DNA of 64,000 nucleotides from Sphagnum compactum (lineage: Eukaryota). The DNA lies in NCBI GenBank assembly GCA_965153455.1, contig OZ234493.1, positions 15,366,213 through 15,430,212 on the forward strand, read 5' to 3'. Positions 51,501 through 64,000 of the stretch are shown piece after piece (position 1 is the first letter of the stretch; the number at the start of each line of letters is the position of its first letter). The notes below the pieces were generated by a model. That model made no database searches and was not told the DNA's origin. It was given only the letters and a program-made list of their open reading frames with translations. Made by a program: the position numbers and the translations under genes.

Positions 51501-54500
51501 TTGCAATGTAGCTTCAAGCTTTAAGCCTTTCCCCTTTTGGTGTGTAGCTTTCTAGGTATGTGTGCAATGTTCATTTCAAACAAATTGCAACTACAACTAA
51601 ACATCATTGGCTTATGCATGACTTGGTAATTTGAACCCCATCAAGGAAGGTCCCAATGCATTATGATGAGTTCCCTTTTAGGTGTAACCCATTTGAGGAG
51701 TAGCCTATAGGGTGTGACGGTGGTGCTAGTAGCAATCCGCAAAATCAAGACACAATTAAGTGATCCATGTGGTTGTCAATTTAAGCAATAAAATGAATCT
51801 TATCTTTGTGTTAGTAAGCAATTATTTCAAAAATATTGTTTCATAGGTTAAATTGTATAGGTCTATAAGTTAAGTTAAATTAACAAAATTTAACGTACCT
51901 TATAGTCCCATACTAGATTACATGACCAATGTTTGAAAATGGGAGCAAAAAATACAAGGAAGAATGTGGCATGCAAGATGCTAAGTTTTAATCATGCAAT
52001 TTTATAATTTACTGAAGAGCAATACTTGAAAAGGGTTGCAATTTAGCCATGGTCGATGGCTTGGATGTGTATCATTAGTAGATTTTTGGTTGGAAGACAA
52101 CATAAGAAAAGCCCCTTGAATGTTGATGGATGACAAAGTATTTAACATAATCCACATTTTATACCCATATGCCAAGCTGTTTATCTATTCCTATTTTACA
52201 TTTTGAATAAATGTAAGCTTTAAAATTGTAAACATTTTTTTTAAAATTTGAAATTTCTTACTTAATAAAGATTGTAACAAGAGGACTAACATATTCACAT
52301 ATTAAGCTAAATATGATTTAGTGTGTTATTTTACACGGATGTCCATGCTTGTAATAACCCACAAACATAACATCAAAAAAAAAGAAAGAACATGTCATTA
52401 GCAATGAAGTTTTTTTAAATGCTAGCACGTGGTGCATCCCAATTCATCCACTAAAGGATGTAAAATGGGTATTAAGAAGGGTTTCATGGGACACTTAATC
52501 CCATTTTTTCCCATGGCCAAGCTTTTAGCACTTAAAAGGTTGTCTTCAAGACTAGAACTTCATTGGGATTTGGGAATTTTGGAACTTTTTAACGACCCTT
52601 GATCATTGTGTAACTTTGAACTGTAGACATTTTCTATTGGTGCACGTACCTCTTTAGCAATATGTGTAATATCTCTTTAGAACAAATATGAACCACAATT
52701 AGGAATTGTGAGTTTATGTGTGACTTTGTGAATGATCTCACGAAAAAGGCTACGCATGCACATGTGATGAATTCACTTTGAAGCCACATGAGGATTATCC
52801 TCTTGCCATGATCCCCCCCAAAAAATAAGAAATAAACTAAATTATGTGGTCGTTGATTTATGGGTGTTATACTCTTTGTGCCAATATGCCTTTATTCCAA
52901 TAGTGAGCTTCATACATTGAACAATTAGACTAGGTCAAATGATCAATATTTGGAAATTGGAACACGCGAATATTAGAGAAAAAGGATTTGTGATGATTTT
53001 GTTGTTTTGTTTCTATGAATGAAAGTTACTTGGAAGCAAAGATTAAACATGGTTCAAATATCAATCCAACAATATTGTAACGGGCGGGAAGAGTTAGTCA
53101 AGGTAGGCACTAGGGTGGTGTGATGCTTAAATACTCACGTTTCAATCTATTGGCACGAGTTTGACTTTGTATTTTATATCATAACTAATGGGAGGATGAA
53201 AATTACCATACATGGTATACCTTGTGATTCTTAATGCATTAGAATATGGGTGGGTTGTGAAAGATTCTATATCAAATTGATGGTGGGTAGTTGTAAGTTA
53301 GGGTGGCTCAAAAGTGACAAGAGTCCCAATCCCAAAACTTTATATTTTAACATTAAAATGGAAAAATAGTTTAAAACCAATGTTGAATGGGCCTTATGTG
53401 ATGATTAATCAATTAATAAAGTCCATAGGAAATGTTATCCATCTAGAGAACTTTTTGACATACATACTAGGGGCAGAAAAATATCAATCCAACAAAAATG
53501 ATCAAGATAGGGACTTTTGAAAATAAGGTCCAAATTTGGTTATTCAAAGGCCATAGTTATTTGTTGGTTAAAATTTTTGTTGTAACATTTTTCAATCCAC
53601 ATTTTTTTCCCATCATGTATCATGTTTTAAGTCCCTATAAAAAATATTGAAATGAAATCATAATAAAACATGCATTTTAATGTTAATGCAAAATTCAAAC
53701 TATTGTCTACATGTCCACTTTAAAAATCCATTATCATACGATTGGTGTATGTTTATTGAATTTCACCCCTTTATAAATATTCTTATTTAAGTTGGAAATC
53801 TTAATACATAAATATTTTTGTCAAATTAATGATTTTACAATGTGTTTGTGACATTTGAATATAATACATTTTGCTGAAAATCTATAAAAATGCAAAAAGT
53901 GATCCACCTTAACTTACAACTATCATGGTAACAAATTAATTATTTGCCCCCAAAAATGCACTAGACCTAACTCAAAGTGGAGAGTTTTTATAGGAATCCA
54001 TTGCAAATCCATAATTTCCATTTTACACTATGTCAAAACATGGTGGATTTTAACATAATAAGTCATTTATAAGTTTGTTGGCATTTATGGATGAATTCAT
54101 GAAGCACTTTAAAGTTTGCCATTAGCTATTGGCACCAATTGGTTTTCAAATAATAATATCATATATGTTGGAATATTGAGGAAAAAAAAACATTGTTTCA
54201 TCATAATTAGTTTAACTTAAAAAATATTTCATTGTGCAATAATATGAAAAACATGTTCCAAAGTTTCAAATATTTTGACAAAGGTGTAAATTAGAGTAAT
54301 TTAACTCCATTTTCATATTTTGTTAGGATTTCATTCTAGAATAATTCTCTTAAACATCCATTAAGGTTTTGTTATGTTGTGCACTATAAGGTACAAGGAT
54401 GTCATAATTATAAGTAAAATATGTTTGGCACTGCTAAAAATGTTGTTTTGAAATTAATAGTATAATAGTTTGATTATTAATATTAAAAAATTGCAAAATT

Positions 54501-57500
54501 TTAAATTTTTTTTCATCATACCCTATTAAACTTTAATACTTTATTCGATATCCTTGACAAGTACTTGACCCTAGACCTTTATTACGATACCAGTTATCCT
54601 ACACAAACTTATCATTATTTGTAATTACATATCTTAGACCATAAACCTTTAACCCTCAAATATTTACACATAAACCCAATTGCATATACATATAAACAAA
54701 GATTAGCCCTTGTGGAACAATGAGGACATGGATACATAATATAATGAATAAAATTATTATTATTACAAACCACAAATAATTAAGGTACAAATCACTTTGT
54801 TACATCAACAAAATATATTACAATTCGAATTAAATGTGATATAATGTAGGTTGTTCTATTAAAGCCTCATGCTATGCATTTCAACTCAAGTCTAATCACT
54901 AATCTCACAACATTCAAGGGCAATAAAAAGAAATGAAATTTAATCTATTTTTTTATTAGAACTTCATGTCATACACATTACATTTTGGATTTGAAAATCT
55001 TGTTAATTATTTTGAAGGTGATTGATTTCTATTATTTAAAAGCTTTTCACAAGTTTTTTTTAATTGGAAAAAAAGATTAGATATTGAAAAATTCACACCT
55101 TTTTTTTTAAAGTTGAAAAAATATTGTTGGATGAAATATGGGAAATAAATTTATAATCTTATTACAAACTAAGTTAATTGTGTTGGGTATGGGATGGAGA
55201 AACAATTTGATAAACATTTTTTATTTATAGGCTTATCATTTTGTGACCTTATATATTTTGAATATTAAGGTTGAAAAGGGGCTTGGAAATTAAATAGTAA
55301 ATATCAATTGCATAAGCCTTAACAAAAAGACCACATGAAGAGGTATCATGTTGCATATATGTAAGTCAATGGGGAAGATGAAATGAACATTGTACTTTGT
55401 AAATAATTCTAAATTGGAAAAATGTTATTGACAGTTTATTGGAATCAAAGATGAATCTACATGTGAATCAATAAGGGCTAATATCCAATGATTATTATTG
55501 ATATTGTCGTGTATGTTTTCATATAAATCAAGGTATGAATGTTGTTGTTGTTACTCTTGTAGACTTTGCACAATGTAGAATCTCTTTGATTTAAACATTA
55601 TTGTAGTACCTTGGCAAATTCAACACAAATTATATAATTTTTAGATATGTTGAAATTTTTCATTTTCATTTGTCTCAAATAATTTTTTTTGAATATTTTG
55701 GAATATTTTATATTCAAAATGGACTCTTCAAAATAATTAATTAATTAACAAACATGTGCTAAAACTACGCATGTATGATAATAACATTGGAATACCACAT
55801 AGATCTAATGTTTATTTTCTATCCATGACCCACCTGAATTTTTGGATTTTATTTCTCACAAATCATAGCTTCAAATTACATTTGAAATTTCCATTGGCAA
55901 ATATTTTCATTTCATATATGTTCGTGATTAGCACTTGTATGGATGCGTAAAGGTTTCATGGTTTTTACTTCTACATATTCCTTTTAGAGTCTTAAATATC
56001 TAAAAAGTCAAGTTGTGTGTTTATGTGTGACATTAAAATGAGTCAAAATAATAACCAAAATGTTCATGAATGATGAGATTATACAAGTTTGGAAACAAAA
56101 TGAGGATGAAAACTTGGAAATTGAATCATTTGTGTAGACCAATATTCAACAACCTTGATAGGTATTTTGTATCAAATAGGTAAAAACATGGTTAAGAGGC
56201 TCACTTTTGACATTTTGAAGACTTCACATCTTCCACTAGTTACAACTTTTACAATTATAATAATTATCAAGCTATAAATTTATAATTATCCCTTATGCTT
56301 TTGATAACAACTATTAGTAGGCCACCTTATATATATACCCTTAGACATGCGATTCATCAAAAAATTCCTATGAATGCTTGAGATTTCTATGTGAATTGTT
56401 TTTAAATGATAAAAAATGATGACAATTGTAACATTTTTAAATTTTAAAATGAGATTTTTTTGTATTGAAATTTTTTTGATGCATGTTTTACTATTAAATT
56501 CCTAATTTGGTCGTGGAATATTTTTTTATTTTGACACTACCATGACATACTTTTTGAATCCACATTTTATTTTATTTTAAAGATGAACATAATTTCATCA
56601 TTTCAAAAGTCCATATGAATCCAGTTTTTTAGAATTCATCCATAATTGTAATATGATTATCATTGAAGTCTATAGCAACATGAATAATTTTAAAATGAAA
56701 TGTTAATGTTCAATACAACTTTATATTTTTAGTTCATCTACAATACAAAAAAATTGCAATTGTGACGATCCAAAATGTTCACTTAACGATGCTTTCATCC
56801 ACATAGTAAGTTTTTTCTACATATTCATTATGAATTGTATGTTTTTATGTTTATTGTAAGGTTTTACAAATAAAACATGATAATTATTTCATAAATAATA
56901 AAATTTGTCATAATAATTTAGGTGCCTAGTCTTTGCTAGTCTATAATCATTGTCATTGCATGTCCAACTAATAATATGCACAAACTTGGATATTGGCTTT
57001 GACAAAGCTTGAAAATAAAATCCCAAAAACATTGTGACCTTCATTCTAAATTTACACAATTTAATGTTTTCCAAATAGCAATGATTATGAAAAACAATGC
57101 ATATTTACTCTAGTTGTGATGTCCATTTTATCGTTGAAGCTTATAATGCATGCTTAGAAAGTGTAATGATTGACATTTGATGTTGCAATATTATCCAATA
57201 GATTCAAAACATTTCAAGGAGCTTGAATGTGTACTCCATCATGGACATAATTGAATGTTAATTATATAAATCAAAGTGCTTCAAAGATTAATGTTGTTTT
57301 AAACTTTTTTTTTTTTCCTAGAACAAAAATTTGTACAAAATTAATTATGAAATTCATGTTATTTTCTTGAAATTTTTGATTATGTTAAAACTAAAAATAA
57401 AATTTTGAATTCTTGTACAATTTGCCATGTGACCAATTCAAAGGAATAGCTTGTTAAATTTGTTTGTATTGTTGAAAATTCAAGCTCAAATAGTTAATTT

Positions 57501-60092
57501 TCTTTGGTTATTATGGTGGAAAACAATTGCAAACTATCTTCTAGGATTATTCCACTCACTTAAATCTTAGTTTAGTTAAGTCTTTTTTAGGTTCTAGTCT
57601 TTTTGGTTAAGTTTCTTATGTAGGAGGTGTCCTTATGTTGTGTGTTTTGATTGTGATATAAGAACCTAAGATAATGTTTTCTATCTTGAGCTTCGTGTGC
57701 ATGAACATCACGTTTGTGTGTGCATGAGCATCATGTTTGTATGTTTGTGGTTTGCAATAAAGTTGCATTTGTTTCCTCACATTTGAAAAGTGCATCAATA
57801 TTGCATCCATGTGTTATGTGTTGAGATTTTGGGATTTTAACATGTGTATAGGTATTTGTGTCCAAACATCAATAATGCACAACTCAATGGGTATGTATAA
57901 AATCTCATAATTTATAAGTGGATTGCCCATTATATTATAGTTCATTACTCCTTTAAGCTCTTGTATCAATGTTATCTTCTATATTACTAACTTTTATTCA
58001 AGCAATGACATTTTTGTTTAAGACCATGGTCAAAGATATATGATTTATGACATGGAATCATGTTGTGTCTTAAGGTATTTGATTAGTCAATGTATGAGGT
58101 ATGGAATTAAATATAAAAGATAATTTAGTGTCTTGAAATTAAATTTAGATAGATTAGATTGTTTAAAGTATTATGATTGGTCAAGGTACTTGTATATTAA
58201 AATAGGTGTTTGTTTGTTTTTTCTTTTGTGACCACACCTTAGTGGGGCCCCTCCTTACACTTTTGATATGGTTGAAAAATCCTCAACAAGATGGTGGTAT
58301 GCAAGGTGATCATTTCACAAATTTTAGAGCAACAAAACAAAATTTATTGAATTTAGAATGAGTTTTTGTCATTAGAAATTAATTAAAACTTATAAGTTTG
58401 ATTTTTCCAACCAATGAATGCATCTTTGTCATATTAGCCCTTTTGTTTTTGCCCTTTCATATCCCAAACCTTAACACCCTTTCACATTACAAACCTTAAC
58501 ATTCAAGGCCAATGACACTTGAAGCCAAAATCCAACCAATGTATGATGCTTCACTATTGCAAGCCATTGGTTGTGACTTGGCACTAATGAGAACCCTTTT
58601 GGCTTACTTGTGATGATGGGTAGTCCTCCCTTTTCCCCATGCACCACCATAGATTGTTCCATCAAATTTTTTGCAACATGGTTTTGCCTATGGACCACAT
58701 TGGCTTGCAATCACTTCAAATCAACAACCCAATCGTAGATTGGGTGTCTCTTTTATTTAAAATAGATTATTTGAGCTTTTTCCTAGTTATCAAGCCGATT
58801 ATCTCAAGCCATTTATTAACAACCTACCAACCAACTAGTTATTTATTTTGTGATAACTGTAGATGGTTTTGAATTTTTAAAATCTAATAACCTACCTAGA
58901 TGACTTAATTATCACCTAAGTAGTTGACCAATCTTTAAACAAAAATACATATTTAAAATAAGGAAATTAATAATATTCCCAATTTCAAACCCTATAATTT
59001 GTGTATAATCATTGGTTTTCAACCAATTATTTGATAACCTACCCTATGCATAACCAATGGTTTATTGCCCATTTTTGATAACCTAGTTAACACCCCCAAA
59101 AAATTTTGATTATTGATATTGATACCTTGTGTGATGCCCCAAAAGACTTCCCAAAAACCTACATGGGGGTTATTATTTAAAGCAATTACCACCCAACACT
59201 AGGTATGGATTTAATGGAGGTGGGCATGAAAGGTCAAAACACAAGTTCCTCAATTAGAGCACCACTTGGCTGCGTTTTGGTGTTATAATGTTTTCTTGGT
59301 TTCTATGATATACCTAGAGCTTTTAAGGTAGACTGATTGCCCACCAAACTCAAGGTTTAAACCAGTGTTGTACGGTTCTTGACTTTAGGGTATAACCTCT
59401 GGTTTTGGTTTTACACCACTATGGAGGGACGATTTTTGGTCCAATTGGGGTATTAGAAAATTTGAAAACCTTGGGTTGGATTAGGTTCTAGTTATTTCAT
59501 CAATCAATAGACTGGTTCCAGTTCTGGTTGGGTTATTAAAAATTGTCAAAAGAATCATTCGGTTAATTATAGGTTCTCAAATATTTGATGGTTCTGGATC
59601 CGATTTTTATTCATTTTAATGTTGATGGTTCCGAATCTGGTTTTTATTCATTTCAATGTTTCTCTTGATTCTCGGTTATGTTTAGGTAGATCAGTTAGTA
59701 ATTAGGTTGGGATAGATTTTGGTTAGTACGGGATTAAAGTCCAACTTGATTCTATTGTCTAGTTGACAGTAAACCAATTTATTTGGCATGGATTCAAGCT
59801 CTCAATGTGAGTTTTTATTGCAAGATTGTGACTGAATGGGTATAGGTAAGTTACACTAAAAAAAACCAATGTTTTAATCAAAGATATCATTCCAATGTAG
59901 TAGCTTACAAACATAACTAGCATCCAAGATGTAATATAATTATCATCAAGAAAGAATTGTTCACCCCATAGCACAATACAAAATGTTGGGGGTCAATTTA
60001 CTAAAGAGTAAGTAAGAACAACCCATGACATACCCCTAACAACCTTTGTGTTTACAAAATAGGACTACTTTTTTTGTAACCAAAAGGTCCAA

Positions 60093-60253
60093 GGTCCAAG
60101 TTTACAATCCTAGAAACCATAAAGCTTGATGGTGGTCGAAGTTTACAATCCTAAAAACCAGCAACTCTAATAGTGGTCCAAGTTTACAATCCTCGAAACC
60201 AACAATTATGACGGTGGTCCAAGTTTACAATCCTAGAAACCAGAAACTTTAAT
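60093..60253. repeat. 41-bp minisatellite, four units
   Basis: Units start at 60093, 60134, 60175 and 60216; core ggtccaagtttacaatcctagaaacca. Confidence 0.92.
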
Positions 60254-60649
60254 CTACAAGGTTTAAAGTCATCCGCATCAAATATGCAATAACTCCTCCT
60301 TCATCACTTATTTTTTCTTGCAGCCTGGAACCCAACCCACAACCCTTTAAAAAAAAATAGTGGGCCATTTGGATTAGACAATCCCTCAATGGTAGAAAAA
60401 ATTATCACACTCCTTATGCTATACATGGCTAGCTTTCCCAAATACCACATAATCCCCAATAACCCCACAAACTTTTATGAAGAATCCTAAAACACCATAG
60501 AAGCTTATTGTCATGCCTTCTCATTTGCCACCATCCCCTTATTAAACCCAAAACTCCAAACCAACAAATCTTAACTAATTTCTAGACTACATTCAGCATT
60601 AATGTTATAACTCTGCATACCTCCACTATCTCATCATTTCTAGATGCCC

Positions 60650-62760
60650 ACCTTAGGTTAATGGACAATGTAATAAAAAAACAGGAAAATGTGAAGACCT
60701 TCCATCCATTAGCCAACAACTTGAAGCTACCACCTCCTCATCATACTTGCAAACAATGAAAAAAAACCTAAAGTCTAACAATGTTATCATCACTTCCAAA
60801 AGCTTAATCTTACCCATATCGTGTTCATTTTCTTCCATCAACATTCCTTCCATTTCCATGAAATCTTCCATGGACATTGTACTTGCTCGAACATCATTTG
60901 GCCAATTTTTATAGATGTTCACAAACATCTCCAGATTTTATATGCCCAATTTGGATCGTCGCATGTTTATGCATATACCAGCAATGCTGAATATCCTTTC
61001 AGCTTCAATTTGTGACCTAACAATCCCTAGAATTTGTCGGGCCACAAAAACAACATAAGAAAATTATGATTCATGAGCTTTCCACCATGCAAGCGGGCTT
61101 TTGCATTCCTCATCATTTACCTTCTTGATTTGTAATGATTCAATTGTTCCTTCACCACTGATAAAACCATTTCATCAATTTCCATTAGGTCATACAATGG
61201 CCTAGCTTTAAAATTGCTCACTTCATAATCAGTCAATGTAGAAACAACAATAATTTCACTTGCAGTAGACGGGTTCAAAAACTTATAAACATGAACCAAT
61301 GAAGGAAATAAAACATACTTGTCATACTCACTGGCAATTAGAGTAGGTTTTTCCTTCCCAACAAACTGTATGACCAACTTTAAGCCTTTGAAACGTGTGT
61401 GTCTAACATCATACTCAACATATTATGAAATTTGCATTCTTGAAAGGATAACAAAAATGAAAGGAAGGGCTGAAGAATAGTTACCACTTGCTTTTGCATA
61501 TGTTGTTGCAAAACTTGAAGTTCTGCATCAAAATCCTGAGTTTCCAAGGAATCAGGTACCAAACATTGTACTCACATATTGATGACTAAAGAAATTACAA
61601 CAACAAACACATTAGATAATAACCAGTAACCTCGGCTTTTGTTAACAACACACTAGTTAACAACACGCCCCAATGTATCAAAAACAATTTGTGTTATAGC
61701 CCAAACCTGAAGGTTCGACACACATCCTTGTAGAGCCATAGATTGTTGTCGTCCATAGCAATTCATGCAATTGTGTTCTTGATTTTTAATGTTTCCTAGA
61801 ATAAAATCACTTTTGAAGCAAATCTCATATTCATTGGAGTTTTTAATTTGTGTGGACATATGCCTGTATCCAAACAAGCTTTCTACCATTCTTGAGGCCC
61901 TTTTCCATTTTTTGGGTCCAAGTGATGGTTTTCTGCAAAATAAATTAACATTCTTTGATGGAGATTGATGTTAGACCAATAGACACTTAGTGTCATCTGT
62001 TGCATACTGGCAGCATTTAAACATTGCATGTCGCAACAACTCCCTATAAATGGTGTTGTCAACCCTAATAGTTGGCAAGAAATAATAGAAGTTAGGGTAG
62101 TGGTCATAGTATTTCGATTATTGCCTTCATCTTTTACATATGCCATGATCTTAACATTCAATCCATATGATGTTAACACTTCATTCACTTGTATGGCCAT
62201 GGCAGCCCTAGAGGTTTTTGCTGTCTCAAACAAGCCAATTGTTACATGACCAAGCTCCCAATTGTGGTTCAAAAAATGAACAATCAAAATAAAAGTGTCC
62301 ACTCCTCCTCTTGACATCCACAAATCAAAACTCACTGTACAAATGTCACAAGCTTCAAGAGCTTCAGAAATGAATTTCTTGTTGGTCTTTTTAGCTAACA
62401 GGTCGCCAATATGTCATTCATTAATTGATGCCTTGATGGAAAAAAAACACGAGGATCATGCTTCAAAATTAACCTTATAAGGAATGGTGCCTCAACAAAA
62501 GACACCAATTCCTAACAATGAACATGACCAAATCCTCTTCAAATTGAATTTGATGGGGATCATTCTTACTATAAGTATTTCCAAAGAAAGATGTAACGCT
62601 GGATGGGGTGGGGCCAGACCTTTTTTTTGTTGATCTTCTATTTCCCAACCCAACAGCCTTCTCCCGTTCAATCCATCAAGTCCAAAATTTTTACTGACTT
62701 GTTTCCAAATGTTTTCGGAGTGCTGAAATTCCGTTGGCAGACTTATAGCTGATGATGCCA
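60650..62760 (-). mobile_element. Decayed hAT-superfamily transposase
   Basis: SFDLWMSRGGVDTFILIVHFLNHNWELGHVTIGLFE and AYVKDEGNN catalytic-region motifs; C-terminal dimerisation-like PLAWWKAHES...VARQILGIV.SQIEAERIFS; many frameshifts and stops. Confidence 0.85.
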
Positions 62761-63169
62761 CCCTTTCTAAATCCTACATGTGCAACAATTCAGGGTAATA
62801 CAAAACACATATCAATTGCTCAAGTTTAGGGCGACTTGAATTTACTTCTAAAAGGGTGACTAAAACATTATTTATTGCATACAAATCCCATGTTGTGGCA
62901 TTACAACTCTTTGGTTTCTAGAAGTTTCTTTGTTTTGCCAATAGTGACCACAATGCTTTATCTATTATAACTAAGGTGGACAAATTTGCATTTGCAGTAA
63001 TATTAAGACTACGAGCATAACCGATAGAAGTTGATGTAGAGGCAAAACCACAAAAATTCGGGTCATTCAGGTCATCTAGGATGCCACCAAACTGTTGCTC
63101 AAGAATAAGGTCAACCAAGGCGTGAATTTGGGGGAGTGTTTCACTATGAAAATCTTCCATTTCCTATAA

Positions 63170-63970
63170 ACATAACGAGGAAACAAAAACCATCAAGAAA
63201 ATGAACAAATAAAGACATGCAAATGAAAACAAAAAATAAACAGAAGCAAAAAAACATATCTAAATGTAGCAACGCACTTGAAGATGGAGATGCACTGCAA
63301 AGTAGAGTGTGAAGCACAAACACCAAAACGAAAAATATTGCAACATAACACTTTGCAAAAAACGAAGCATGAACATGAAAGTGCGATTACTTCAACAAAA
63401 TGAGAAGAACTTCAACAGAGCGAAAAGTGCTTCAACAAAGCGAGAACACTAGAGTGAAAAATACTTCAACAAAACGAAAACACCAAACGAAAAATAGTTC
63501 AATAAAACGAAAACACTAGAACGAAAAGTGTTTCAACAAAACAAAAACACCAAAATGAGAAGTTTCTCAACAAAGCACAAAATGCAAAAAGTAGATTGCA
63601 AAGAACAAAACACTTCAACAAAGCACTTCAACAAAGTGCAAGAAGAATGCAAAAAACAACTGCAAAGCAGCAAAATGCGAAGCAACCTGCAAAACATGAA
63701 CAAAACAATAAACACAAACAACAAAGTGCAAACACAAAAGTACAAACGAGAGAACAAAAATCGCTAAGCACAAATAACATAATCCAAACACAAACCAGAG
63801 AATTCTCACTTGAACGCAATGGAGATGGAGATGAACACCCAAACACAAGCTGAATGTGATGGAAATGAAGACAAGAGCACATTGCAATGGAAACGAATTG
63901 CAAATCAGCACAAACACCAAAGTGTGAAGAAACCTTGATGGAAATAACAACATAAAAAAAACAAAAAAAA
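63170..63970. repeat. A-rich low-complexity repeats (cttcaacaaa / acgaaaa), probably the subterminal region of the hAT element
   Basis: Repeated ttcaacaaa and aacgaaaa motifs immediately 5' of the transposase remnant. Confidence 0.55.
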
Positions 63971-64000
63971 CCCTAAGGCCTTGATTCCTTAACTTGATGA

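Noticed and set aside
58471-58710. 79-aa ORF as a gene
   Set aside because: At most a faint retrotransposon RNase H remnant; too weak to call.
60093-60253. CRISPR array
   Set aside because: Linkers are only 14 nt and related to each other, there are no cas genes, and the context is a plant nucleus.
63528-63953. Overlapping K/Q/N-rich and F/L/C-rich ORFs
   Set aside because: Products of low-complexity A-rich repeats.

Overview
Nuclear DNA of a land plant, most likely a moss. The evidence is a mitochondrial insert that keeps the bryophyte-type nad4-nad2 linkage with a 26-nt spacer. One clear protein-coding gene is present: a CCT-motif protein on the minus strand with five coding exons (7887-11291) and a long, uORF-rich leader region. 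The rest is mostly decayed transposon sequence: a gag-like retroelement remnant (1-89 and 2206-4070), a degenerate Ty3/gypsy LTR element (30355-37983), a dead hAT transposase (about 60650-62760) and Helitron-like ends. Highlights: (1) a 2.1-kb patchwork of eight plastid and mitochondrial fragments inserted cleanly into the gag remnant; (2) two identical, inverted copies of a 185-bp MITE with 8-bp TSDs; (3) a candidate unrecognised MIRNA hairpin behind a promoter-like region; (4) a protein-like uORF upstream of the CCT gene; (5) a CpG-rich island dense in palindromes and GATTC/GAATC motifs; (6) a nested foldback structure. All calls were made by eye, with no searches or folding run.
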